Shown in pieces: positions 1 to 8,651 of a DNA stretch of 28,214 nt. The position numbers and the translations under genes were made by a program. The notes beneath the pieces were generated by a model. That model worked only from the letters and a program-made list of their open reading frames with translations, made no database searches and was not told the DNA's origin. This DNA comes from Blastocatellia bacterium. GTDB lineage: Bacteria; Acidobacteriota; Blastocatellia; Pyrinomonadales; Pyrinomonadaceae. Within the stretch, counting starts at the first letter, position 1; the number at the start of each line of letters is the position of its first letter. The stretch lies in the NCBI GenBank assembly GCA_013695195.1, contig JACDAY010000080.1, positions 1 to 28,214 on the forward strand, written 5' to 3'.

Positions 1-812
1 ATATCCAACCTTCCGCAGGTCGGGCAGGCGACAACTGTTACGCCGCGTTTTCGCAATTCGAGTGATTTCAGGATTTCCCAGCCGACTCGGACTTCTTCGT
101 GCGGCTCGGCGGCAAGACTCACCCGGATCGTATCGCCGATGCCGTCGTGAAGCAAAACTCCGAGACCGATCGCGGATTTAATAGTGCCGCCGAACGGCGT
201 CCCCGCTTCGGTTACGCCGAGGTGGAGCGGGTAATCGACCTTCGCCGCCATCATGCGATAAGCTTCGACCATGCGATTTACATCCGAAGCTTTTAGGGAA
301 ATTATGATGTCGCTGAAGCCGAGGTCTTCCAGAATTTGAATGTGCCGCATTCCCGATTCGACCATCGCTTCAGGCGTCGCGGTGCCGTATTTTTTTAGCA
401 GGTCTTTTTCGAGCGAGCCGCCATTTACGCCGATGCGGATCGGAACTTTTTGGGCTTCGGCGGCGCGGACGACTTCGCGAACGCGGTCGATATGTCCGAT
501 GTTGCCGGGATTGATGCGGAGCTTGTCGATGCCGGCATCAAGAGCTTTCAGAGCCAACTTATAGTGAAAATGAATATCGGCGACAAGCGGGACTTCGGTG
601 CGTTTGCGGATTTCATTCATCGCGGCTGCAGCGTCGTCATCGGGAACGGCAATTCTAACGATCTCGCAGCCGGCAGTAACCATTTCTTCGATCTGACGAA
701 TCGTTCCGTCAACATCGGTCGTGTCGGTCTTAGTCATCGATTGCACGACGACAGGCGCGCCGCCGCCAATCTGAATATCGCGAACCATCACCGCTTTTGT
801 GGCTCTTTTCAT
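1..812 (-). CDS. ispG: 4-hydroxy-3-methylbut-2-en-1-yl diphosphate synthase (IspG/GcpE), 3' end truncated by window edge
   Basis: Translated by hand from ATG at 812: MKRATKAVMVRDIQIGGGAPVVVQSMT...PLVADIHF...LRINPGNIG...IRIGVNGGSLEK...LHLGVTEAG...GIGDTIRVSL...VVACPTCGRLD. The CxxC Fe-S motif is present. Not in the ORF track because it runs off the edge. Confidence 0.96.
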   Translation of the reverse strand, partial: MKRATKAVMVRDIQIGGGAPVVVQSMTKTDTTDVDGTIRQIEEMVTAGCEIVRIAVPDDDAAAAMNEIRKRTEVPLVADIHFHYKLALKALDAGIDKLRINPGNIGHIDRVREVVRAAEAQKVPIRIGVNGGSLEKDLLKKYGTATPEAMVESGMRHIQILEDLGFSDIIISLKASDVNRMVEAYRMMAAKVDYPLHLGVTEAGTPFGGTIKSAIGLGVLLHDGIGDTIRVSLAAEPHEEVRVGWEILKSLELRKRGVTVVACPTCGRLD

Positions 813-847
813 AAAATGTACGACTGGCTTTTGCCTGTCGAAAATCG

Positions 848-868
848 GCAGACTAATAGTCTGCGTAC
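848..868. repeat. REP-like palindrome, GTAC-tagged family
   Basis: GCAGACTA-A-TAGTCTGC (8-bp arms) followed by GTAC, 2 nt after the rseP stop. Shares the CAGACT-N3-AGTCTG core and GTAC tag with 10465-10488. Confidence 0.6.
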
Positions 869-870
869 GT

Positions 871-2235
871 TCAAAAGAATCGCGATATATCGAGGAACAA
901 TGTAAAGGCCATCAAAATCAGAATCACTGCAAGACCGGCAAGTTGTATCTTTTCCTTGATCGCCATCGAAAGCGTTTTCCCAAACCAAGACATAACTTTT
1001 TCAATGCCGAGCACCATAATTTGTCCGCCGTCGAGCAGGGGGATAGGCAAAAGGTTAAACACACCGAGATTCAAGCTTATTACGCCGAGAATCATTACCA
1101 ATCCGGCAAAGCCAGCTTCCTGTACAACCTTCGAAATGATCTGCACTATGCCCACCGGGCCTGCAAGGCCGGCATCCTTTACCGACCGTTCGCCGGCAAA
1201 CATTTGCCCGAAAACCTTGCCGGTTAGCCGCATAATTCGGAGATTTGAATCAACTGCATAGGCGGCTGCTCCTGCCAACCCTACATTTACCCGCGTCGTA
1301 ATATTCGCGGTACCAAATCCGATGCCGATACGGTAAACACCGTCTTCCGCGAGTTTGGCCGCAGTCTGAATTTCGTTCCGCTCTCCATAGCGCTCGATAG
1401 TGATCCTTGCGGGCGCGTCTTTGTTTTCCTTTATCTGATTGCTGAGTTCCTGGCTGTTGCGGACGGTTTGTCCATTAAAGGCCAAAACGCGGTCGCCCTG
1501 CTGCAGGCCCGAAGCGGCTGCGGGTGAATCCGGTGCGATCGTTCCGACCTCGACCGGCTCAACGCCGGCGTCGGGAAGCAGGCCGATCTCGCCAAGAGCA
1601 TTTCCGTCTATCTGCTGTTTTGAGGGTGTTACCGTCAGAGGAATCCGTTGACCGCCGCGATCGACGACAAGGGCAAGCTCCTTATCGGGGGAGATCATTG
1701 ACTCATCCCTGATGCCCTCCCAAGTCGGGTTTTCGGCGCCGTTAAAGGATACGATCCGGTCGCCGACCATAATACCGGACTGGTCGGCAGCACCGCCGGC
1801 ATTCACAACACCAACGACCGGGGCAGGCATAGACGGAATGCCGTAAATCATTGCCGCGCCGAACGGTATAGCCAATGCCAGCAGAATATTCATAAATGGC
1901 CCGCCAAGCATGACAAGAAATTTCTGCCACCGCGGGCGCAGTTCGTAAAGCTCTGATTCGGGAACGGGTTCGCCTTCGGATTCGCCGCCCTCTAGAGCAG
2001 CGGTCGCTTCGTCGCCATACAACTTAACGTAGGCGCCGAGGGGAATCGCGCTTATACGATAATCGGTGTGTCCGACCTTGAATCCCCAAATACGCGGCCC
2101 CAAACCGAAAAATGAATAAGCCTCGACCCGCATCCCAAAAAATTTGGCGACCATAAAATGGCCGAACTCATGGATATTGATGGCAATGCCGAGGACGAAA
2201 ATTACCGCTAAAATGACTATTAAAATATCGGGCAT
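871..2235 (-). CDS. rseP: RIP metalloprotease RseP (M50B, two PDZ domains)
   Basis: HEFGH zinc motif, GGPFMN, two PDZ-like repeats (GLMVGDRI / GLQQGDRV), NLLPIPLLDGG; located between dxr and ispG. Confidence 0.95.
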   Translation of the reverse strand: MPDILIVILAVIFVLGIAINIHEFGHFMVAKFFGMRVEAYSFFGLGPRIWGFKVGHTDYRISAIPLGAYVKLYGDEATAALEGGESEGEPVPESELYELRPRWQKFLVMLGGPFMNILLALAIPFGAAMIYGIPSMPAPVVGVVNAGGAADQSGIMVGDRIVSFNGAENPTWEGIRDESMISPDKELALVVDRGGQRIPLTVTPSKQQIDGNALGEIGLLPDAGVEPVEVGTIAPDSPAAASGLQQGDRVLAFNGQTVRNSQELSNQIKENKDAPARITIERYGERNEIQTAAKLAEDGVYRIGIGFGTANITTRVNVGLAGAAAYAVDSNLRIMRLTGKVFGQMFAGERSVKDAGLAGPVGIVQIISKVVQEAGFAGLVMILGVISLNLGVFNLLPIPLLDGGQIMVLGIEKVMSWFGKTLSMAIKEKIQLAGLAVILILMAFTLFLDISRFF

Positions 2236-2331
2236 AATAAATAAATCCTTCGCAAAAATACTGAAAATTTAGAACCAAAAATCAGCGCCTAAGTTGTAAA
2301 AAATGTAAAGCTTCCGAACATACCGGTGCAG

Positions 2332-2970
2332 CTACGGCAAAATATCGCCGACCTTGATCTTCGCTTTCGGTTTTGCGAGCGGCGAAACCGACCTGTCCTC
2401 ACCGACAACAAAAATCTCGGTATAAATGAAACCCGCGTTTTTGTCCTTCACCGGGTGACGATAAACCTCAAGGCACCGCTCCCGCAGATTTAGGATCCAA
2501 TATTCCCCAATGTTGTTTTCGGCATACAACTCCGCTTTTTCTTTTCGGTCGAATCGAAGCGTCGAATCCGAAATCTCAACTATCAGCGTGGCGGTTTTAG
2601 GATGCTCTATCGCAAAATCACGAACGGAGCCTTCGACAACGGCAATATCAGGTTCAGGTTCGTTGATTTTACCTAAACTAAGCGGCAGTTGGCTGTCAAC
2701 GACAAAGCCTTTGCCAAAAACGCTGCCTAATAGTTCCACCAATAGCCTGACGGCTGTTGCATGTGCGGATTTCATCGGAGACATTTCAATGATTTCTCCT
2801 TTTACAAGCTCAACTCGCTTACCTTCGAAAAAACCGAATTCCGCCATTTTGCGATATTCGCTCGCCGTCCAGCGAAAGAGTTTCGGCTCGCCATTTTTCG
2901 CGGCAGGCTCGAAATCGATTCTGGGTTTGACTGGATCTCGCTCTAGCACCGGATTCATAAATCTCTCCAT
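2332..2970 (-). CDS. Uma2/DUF820 family putative PD-(D/E)xK endonuclease
   Basis: WTASEY..M...G, RVELVKGEIIEMSP...H, EPEPDIAVV, LIVEISDSTLRFDR..K..LYA...I.EYWILNL. The start is ATG 2970 (TGATG overlap with the dxr stop) or ATG 2958 (GGAGAG SD); the ORF-track extension to 3024 lies inside dxr. Confidence 0.9.
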   Translation of the reverse strand: MERFMNPVLERDPVKPRIDFEPAAKNGEPKLFRWTASEYRKMAEFGFFEGKRVELVKGEIIEMSPMKSAHATAVRLLVELLGSVFGKGFVVDSQLPLSLGKINEPEPDIAVVEGSVRDFAIEHPKTATLIVEISDSTLRFDRKEKAELYAENNIGEYWILNLRERCLEVYRHPVKDKNAGFIYTEIFVVGEDRSVSPLAKPKAKIKVGDILP

Positions 2971-4142
2971 CAATTCGCCGAAGCAGACTTGGCTAGTTTT
3001 ATTATAGCGCGCTTGCGTGCCCATGCATCGGCTTCGAGCACGATTTCGAGGCTCGCCGCCGAAACGGCAGCATGTTCGTTCATCACCGCCGAATTCACTT
3101 TCGGAATTTCACTTAGCCGAATCTTTCCATCCAGAAAAGCTTGAACTGCTACTTCATTGGCAGCGTTCAGCGCGGCAGGCATAGTGCCGCCGGTTTTTAA
3201 TGCCCTGTAAGCCAATTCAAGGCATGGAAATCGGTTGCCGTCAGGTTCTTCGAAAGTCAATTGGCTAAGTTTTGTAAAATCAAGCGGTTCGAGACAATTC
3301 GCTTTACGTTCCGGATATGTCAACGCATATTGGATAGAGTGCTTCATATCCGTTACGCCGAGCTGCGCGATCACCGAGCCGTCCACCATTTCAACCATAG
3401 AATGCACGACCGACTGCGGGTGAACGACGACAGATATCTGATCCGCTTCAAATCCAAAAAGCCATTTCGCCTCGATGACTTCGAGCCCTTTATTCATCAA
3501 AGTCGCGGAATCAATGGTGATTTTATCGCCCATTTTCCAATTCGGATGATTTAAAGCATCTTCGCGCGTGGCGTTTTCGATTCCGTCCATAGTTTTGGTC
3601 CGAAATGGCCCGCCCGAGGCGGTTAGAATAAGACGTTTCACTTCTTTTCTTTTTTCGCCCCTCAAACATTGATGCAGAGCATTGTGTTCCGAATCGACCG
3701 GCAAAATCTCCGCGCCCGACCTCTCGGCTGCTTTCGTCATCAGCTCGCCGGCCATTACCAGCGTTTCCTTATTCGCGAGCGCAATGCGCTTTCCCGCTTC
3801 AATGGCCCGCAATGTCGGGACAAAACCGACCGCTCCGACTGTTGCAGATACCACGGTTCCAGCTTCGTCGTGCGTTGCAACCGCGATTAAACCCTTTTCG
3901 CCAATTTCGATCTGCGGGGAGATTACACCTCGTTTGTGAAGCTCGATCATCAGGTCTTCCGCGCTCAGTTCGTTTTCACAGGAAACAAGTTCAGGATTGA
4001 ACCGTGCTATCTGTCCGGCGAATTTTTCCATATTTCGTCCCGCCGCGAGAGCGACAACACGAAATTCACTGAGATGTTCGATTACTTTTAGGGTATTACA
4101 ACCGATGGACCCGGTTGAGCCAAGGATAGAGATGCCTTTCAT
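2970..4142 (-). CDS. dxr: 1-deoxy-D-xylulose-5-phosphate reductoisomerase
   Basis: ILGSTGSIG NADPH motif, LANKETLV, LPVDSEHNAL, LTASGGPF, HPNWKMGDKITIDSATLMNKGLEVIEA. Confidence 0.98.
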   Translation of the reverse strand: MKGISILGSTGSIGCNTLKVIEHLSEFRVVALAAGRNMEKFAGQIARFNPELVSCENELSAEDLMIELHKRGVISPQIEIGEKGLIAVATHDEAGTVVSATVGAVGFVPTLRAIEAGKRIALANKETLVMAGELMTKAAERSGAEILPVDSEHNALHQCLRGEKRKEVKRLILTASGGPFRTKTMDGIENATREDALNHPNWKMGDKITIDSATLMNKGLEVIEAKWLFGFEADQISVVVHPQSVVHSMVEMVDGSVIAQLGVTDMKHSIQYALTYPERKANCLEPLDFTKLSQLTFEEPDGNRFPCLELAYRALKTGGTMPAALNAANEVAVQAFLDGKIRLSEIPKVNSAVMNEHAAVSAASLEIVLEADAWARKRAIIKLAKSASAN

Positions 4143-4264
4143 ATGCAGATACTACGGATAGATTAGCATAAATAATTGTTCAAAGAGTACCTGATCGAAA
4201 CATATTTTGAAAGTCGGTAAAAACAAGTGAAATAATACATTTACAATTCTTTACATTTGAAAGT

Positions 4265-4542
4265 TCAACCAGGAAATTCGCGCAGCAGCGGTTTTGGAAA
4301 GCTCTTTGAGATAGCGCATATTTCTTCTATCGCGATTTGCGTTGATTTCCACACACGCAGCTCGTCTTTAAGGGCGCCGGCTTTGGCCGCTGCCTGGGCG
4401 ATCTGCCCAAGTTCTATCTCCATGTACGGAAGCCGTCGGGATACATTTTCTCAGCCTTCCGCCATTCGCCTGTTTCGTTATAAGTACGGAACATTTCTTT
4501 TTCAACATCCTCGCGATTAAAATTCAAATTACCAAAGTCCAT
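4265..4542 (-). other. Two overlapping small ORFs (42 aa, 4414-4542; 52 aa, 4265-4423), possibly one frameshifted gene
   Basis: ATG 5 nt after the kelch stop gives MDFGNLNFNREDVEKEMFRTYNETGEWRKAEKMYPDGFRTWR*. The second frame gives MEIELGQIAQAAAKAGALKDELRVWK...REFPG*. No family recognised. Confidence 0.3.
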
Positions 4543-4547
4543 TGCGT

Positions 4548-5696
4548 TTATAGTTTGAAGATCCAGGCGCGATTTGTGCTAATCGGCCCGGCTTCCCGCG
4601 TACCGTTGCCGTAACCGCCGACGATCAAAGCTCGTCCGTCCGGCAAAAGTGTTACGCTCGCATAATGTATCGGCAAACCGAATTCACCATTTGTTCGAGT
4701 GAAACTTTTAGTCTGCGGGTCGAAAACTTCAGCACTTTCACTGCCTCCGCCAATAAACACTTTACCGTCTTTCAGAATGACGGTAGTCCCGTCAATTTTG
4801 AAACGAGCAAAATTCATCTCCCGAGTCGGCGAAAACCGACCGGTTTTAGGATCAAATATTTCGGCAGTTTTGTGTTGTCCGCGCCATTCGCGACTGTCCG
4901 AGCCGCCAAAAATTAACACGCTGCCGCCGTTCAATAAAATCGCATCATGTTTGTAACGCACGGCGGTCATGGCATTTTTCACTAAAGAAAAACTGTTGTT
5001 TTTCGGATCAAAAATTTCCGCGCTCGATAGTATTTGCCCGCGTGCGGTTTCGCCGCCCGCCAGGAAGATCTTGCCATCAGCCAATTTTGTCGCCGTGTGA
5101 GCTAGACGTGCATTTCGCATTTTGCCGGTGAGGGTGAACGTATTTGTTTTCGGGTCGAACACTTCAACATCGTCAAGATTTTTTTCTCCGTCAAAGCCGC
5201 CGGTAATCAGGACTTTGCCGTCATCCAAAAGTGTTTCCGTATGGGCAGAGCGGCGGCGGTTCAAATTCCCGACAGTTGTAAACTCACCCGTCTGCGGGTC
5301 AAAAATTTCCGCGCTCATTTCAGGAAAATCCGGATTGGACCAACCGCCTGCAATCAAAACCCGCCCGTCACGCAGCCGCGTTGCAGTATGGCTGACGCGC
5401 TTTTTCGTCATTTTGTTTTTGGATTGTGTGAACCTGTCGGTTTTAGGATCAAAAATTTCCGCGTCGTCGAAAAACACGCCGTTACGCTGCATCCCGCCCG
5501 CGATTAGAACTTTTCCGTCTTTTAGGAGAGTGGCAGTGTGTGAAGCACGCGCTTCACTCAACTTATCTATTTCGGAAATTTTGCCGTAAGTTTGTAAATG
5601 ATTTACGGCGTCACCAGGTTTCCGTTGAGCAGAACAATTCGCAGTAAAACCAAGAAGAGTCATTAACACCGCAGCAGTAAAAATTTGATAACGCAT
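4548..5696 (-). CDS. Secreted kelch-repeat beta-propeller protein
   Basis: About 7 repeats of R..HTAT.L.DG.VLI.GG...AEIFDP. N-terminal signal peptide from ATG 5696, with GGAGG SD upstream. Confidence 0.88.
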   Translation of the reverse strand: MRYQIFTAAVLMTLLGFTANCSAQRKPGDAVNHLQTYGKISEIDKLSEARASHTATLLKDGKVLIAGGMQRNGVFFDDAEIFDPKTDRFTQSKNKMTKKRVSHTATRLRDGRVLIAGGWSNPDFPEMSAEIFDPQTGEFTTVGNLNRRRSAHTETLLDDGKVLITGGFDGEKNLDDVEVFDPKTNTFTLTGKMRNARLAHTATKLADGKIFLAGGETARGQILSSAEIFDPKNNSFSLVKNAMTAVRYKHDAILLNGGSVLIFGGSDSREWRGQHKTAEIFDPKTGRFSPTREMNFARFKIDGTTVILKDGKVFIGGGSESAEVFDPQTKSFTRTNGEFGLPIHYASVTLLPDGRALIVGGYGNGTREAGPISTNRAWIFKL

Positions 5697-5762
5697 AATA
5701 TTTCGCCTCCATTTAGAAAACACCGCATGAGCGATCTTTGTTACAGTTTTCTATTTTATCAT

Positions 5763-7157
5763 TCACTTTTGAGCCGCTATTCTTTCAGCCGCTTCTGTTA
5801 CTTGAATATTTTCCCATTTTTCACCGCTCTGCATATTCTTCAGCGTGACTGTGTTTTCCGCGATTTCACTCTCACCGAGAATGCACACATAAGGAACATT
5901 GATTTGCGATGCATATTTCATCTGTTTGTCGTGCTTGTCGGCATCGGGATAGACAAGAACGCGGAGGCCATGCTGCCGTAGTTCGTTTGCCAAGCTCAGC
6001 GATTTGCTGATGGATTCTTCACTCCGTATCGTCACCATCACACCCACTGAGATCGCTGCGACCTCAGTGGGAAACATATTGCGCTCGTCCATCACGACCA
6101 GAATCCGCTCAAGCCCAAGCGAGAACCCACAGGCCGGAATTTGCTCCTTGCCGAACATCCCGATCAACCCATCATAACGCCCGCCGCCTGCCAGCGAGCC
6201 GGCCAGATCGGGAACATTCACTTCCATGATCGCGCCGGTGTAATAGGATAAGCCACGTGCGAGGCTCGGATCGATTGTGATCGGTGCATTCCCTGAAAAT
6301 TGAATAATTTGCCCCACCTCCGTTAGCACCTCGCTGCTGACGATGTTGATAAGGTTGCTGACGATAGTCCGGTTAACGTCCTTTCCCGAATCCGTGATCA
6401 CGCGGGTTTGTTCAAAAAGCTCCAATATTATTTGCGAGGCGGCCGCCTCGATACCGCGTTCCGCAAGCTCTTTTTTAACTCCGTCTTCACCGATCTTATC
6501 GAGTTTATCTATTGCTACCAGAGCATCGGAGTGTTTTTCCGGCGGAATGCCCGCTGTGACCAAAATATCCCGCAGAAGCTCGCGGTGATTGATACGAATC
6601 GTGAAATCCTTGAATCCCAACTTCGTCAAAATCTCGCTCACCGCCGAGATCAATTCCGCTTCGACAACCATCGAGCTTGAACCGATAGCATCGACATCGC
6701 ATTGATAAAATTCGCGAAAGCGGCCGCGTGCGGGGCGGTCGGCGCGCCAAACGGGTTGGATTTGGTAGCGTTTGAAAAATTTCGGCAGCTCGTTGCGGTT
6801 ATTTGCAACGACGCGGGCGAGCGGGACGGTCAGGTCGTAACGCAGGGCGAGATCTGATAAGTCGTGAGTCGTGAGGGGTGAGGCGTGAGCAGGAGTTTCC
6901 TGCTCTCGACTCTCGCCTCCCGACTCTCGACTCTCCCGCAGCTTTTCGCCGCGTTTGAGAATTTTGAAAATTAGCTGATTGCCTTCCTCGCCGTATTTGC
7001 CGGTCAGGGTTTCGATGTTTTCGACGGCTGGCGTTTCGAGCGGTTCGAAGCCGTAGCTTTCGTAGACTTCCTTGATGATGTCGATGACGTAATTACGTTT
7101 GCGGACATCGGCGGGGAGGAAATCGCGCATGCCGCGTGCCGGATTAGTATTTGTCAT
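5763..7157 (-). CDS. hisS: Histidine--tRNA ligase
   Basis: PARGMRDF, LRYDLTVPLAR, WRADRPARGRFREFYQCDVD, LARGLSYYTG, GGGRYDGL, and a C-terminal anticodon-binding domain. Confidence 0.98.
   Translation of the reverse strand: MTNTNPARGMRDFLPADVRKRNYVIDIIKEVYESYGFEPLETPAVENIETLTGKYGEEGNQLIFKILKRGEKLRESRESGGESREQETPAHASPLTTHDLSDLALRYDLTVPLARVVANNRNELPKFFKRYQIQPVWRADRPARGRFREFYQCDVDAIGSSSMVVEAELISAVSEILTKLGFKDFTIRINHRELLRDILVTAGIPPEKHSDALVAIDKLDKIGEDGVKKELAERGIEAAASQIILELFEQTRVITDSGKDVNRTIVSNLINIVSSEVLTEVGQIIQFSGNAPITIDPSLARGLSYYTGAIMEVNVPDLAGSLAGGGRYDGLIGMFGKEQIPACGFSLGLERILVVMDERNMFPTEVAAISVGVMVTIRSEESISKSLSLANELRQHGLRVLVYPDADKHDKQMKYASQINVPYVCILGESEIAENTVTLKNMQSGEKWENIQVTEAAERIAAQK
6857..6935. 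repeat. Palindromic heptamer-repeat element inside the hisS coding sequence
   Basis: Coding strand: GAGAGTC GAGAGTC GGGAGGC GAGAGTC GAGAGCA - GGAAACTCC - TGCTCAC GCCTCAC CCCTCAC GACTCAC GACTTAT (35+9+35 nt). The arms are imperfect inverted repeats. Confidence 0.8.
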
Positions 7158-7178
7158 AAATTAGAAGAGAAAAGAATA

Positions 7179-7268
7179 GAACACGGGTTTGCACGGAAAA
7201 GGCACGGATTTACACGGATCAAATTTTAATCCTTGAAAATTTTGTCATTTCCGTGATCATCCGTGTTC
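7179..7268. repeat. Intergenic inverted array of ~10-nt CACGG units
   Basis: CACGG at 7182, 7192, 7203 and 7213; inverted CCGTG at 7251 and 7261; GAACACGG and CCGTGTTC form the outer ends. Confidence 0.65.
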
Positions 7269-7343
7269 CATTTCCTGAAAAATCGAAAATGCGCTCTAGA
7301 TGAAACCACCCTGCAATTAAATTTCGATTTTACACGAGAAACA

Positions 7344-7988
7344 CTAATTACTAAAAAAAGTGTAACCAACATAAAGAAGGTTATTGTCGATACCGGCGTT
7401 TTCGATGCCGCGGCCGGCGTTTGAGATATGATAATACTTATAACCGATTGTGACCGCCCGTTTTTCCCTTAATCTGAATTCCACTCCGGCGCCGATATCA
7501 AATGTGAAATTAAAACGCGTGCCGACAATGTTTGGCACGCGTTTAGCGAAATAAAGGAAGCCGCCGCTTGCGCCGGCAAAGGGCTGTATTTTTTTGCGCG
7601 GGCGAAAATTTATCTGCAACCCGACGGGCGCCGCGCCGAATGCATATCTCGTTGGCCGGACATTTCGAATGCTCGGCGGAATAGCCGGTAAAACTTCAAT
7701 GTCGGGATAATTTAAAATCGCCGCAGGCACAATGTCTGCGGTATATTTTAAATTAAATGTATTGCTGATGTTAAACCTGCGGGCATACCTCAGGCCCAGT
7801 ATCCCAAACCGTGCGTCCGGCGTGCGGCCCAGGGCTTGTATAGCGATCGTAGAATCCGGCGAGAATCCGCCCCAAACCGAAATCTCGTTCCTACCCGCTG
7901 TTTCAGTTTGAGCGCAGGTCATTACGGCGGCCGATATTACAAGCAATACGACCGAAATAAACTGGGTCTTCATAAGCACAGTTGTCAT
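7344..7988 (-). CDS. PagL / acyloxyacyl hydrolase family outer-membrane beta-barrel (lipid A 3-O-deacylase-like)
   Basis: Signal peptide, alternating aromatic beta strands, FNFT..IGAGVE, YYHISNAG (His-x-Ser), terminal aromatic residues. The start is ATG 7988 or 7973. Confidence 0.8.
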   Translation of the reverse strand: MTTVLMKTQFISVVLLVISAAVMTCAQTETAGRNEISVWGGFSPDSTIAIQALGRTPDARFGILGLRYARRFNISNTFNLKYTADIVPAAILNYPDIEVLPAIPPSIRNVRPTRYAFGAAPVGLQINFRPRKKIQPFAGASGGFLYFAKRVPNIVGTRFNFTFDIGAGVEFRLREKRAVTIGYKYYHISNAGRGIENAGIDNNLLYVGYTFFSN

Positions 7989-8116
7989 GCGCCCAAGGCT
8001 AATATAGGACAGCGCGGAATGGATTATACGCATTTATAAATATTTTTGAAAAAGAGTAATTTCTGTATAGAAAGATTAACATTACTATCAGGATTTTATT
8101 CGCCGACATTCTTTTT

Positions 8117-8644
8117 TTAGATTTGAAAGAAATGATTATCCGATCTGTAGTGCTCGACCAGCTTTGTATAATTTTGCCAAAAATGCGGCAGATCGCCCAA
8201 TTCCGCCGAGGTCAGTTTGCGTTTTACTATTGCCGGGCTTCCCATTACGAGCGATTCCGCCGGTATCTCCGTATTCGGCGTGATCAGGCTCCCGGCCGCA
8301 ACCAGTGAATTTTTCCCGATCCGAACCCCGTCCAAAACTATCGAACCGATGCCGATCAAACTGCCGGTTTCGATATAACAGCCGTGCAACGCTACGTGAT
8401 GTCCCACAGTTACCTCGTCTTCGAGAACAGTCGGGTGAGTTTTCGAGCTGACGTGAATCACAGATAAATCCTGAATGTTCGTCCGCGAACCGATGCGTAT
8501 GTAATTAACGTCGCCGCGAATGATCGAGCCGAACCAGACACTTGAATGTTCACCAATCTCGACATCGCCGATAATCACGGCGTTATCGGCAATGAACGCG
8601 GTTTCATGAATTTTAGGATGATTGTTTTGGAACGGCTTTATCAT
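8117..8644 (-). CDS. Gamma-carbonic anhydrase family (YrdA/CaiE-like) hexapeptide-repeat protein
   Basis: AVIIGDVEIG..SSVWFGSIIRGD, NIQD.SVIH, VGHHVALHGC with three His ligands. ATG 8644 lies 7 nt after the murJ stop. Confidence 0.92.
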   Translation of the reverse strand: MIKPFQNNHPKIHETAFIADNAVIIGDVEIGEHSSVWFGSIIRGDVNYIRIGSRTNIQDLSVIHVSSKTHPTVLEDEVTVGHHVALHGCYIETGSLIGIGSIVLDGVRIGKNSLVAAGSLITPNTEIPAESLVMGSPAIVKRKLTSAELGDLPHFWQNYTKLVEHYRSDNHFFQI

Positions 8645-8651
8645 AGAAAAA

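Noticed and set aside
99-1227. Plus-strand ORFs 99-296, 340-564, 450-905 and 799-1227
   Set aside because: Antisense shadows of ispG and rseP; no independent motifs.
4548-5696. Recurring CAAAAATTTCCGC / TTTTCCGTC-like DNA repeats
   Set aside because: They reflect the kelch protein repeats (AEIFDP, DGKVL); not a CRISPR or non-coding array.
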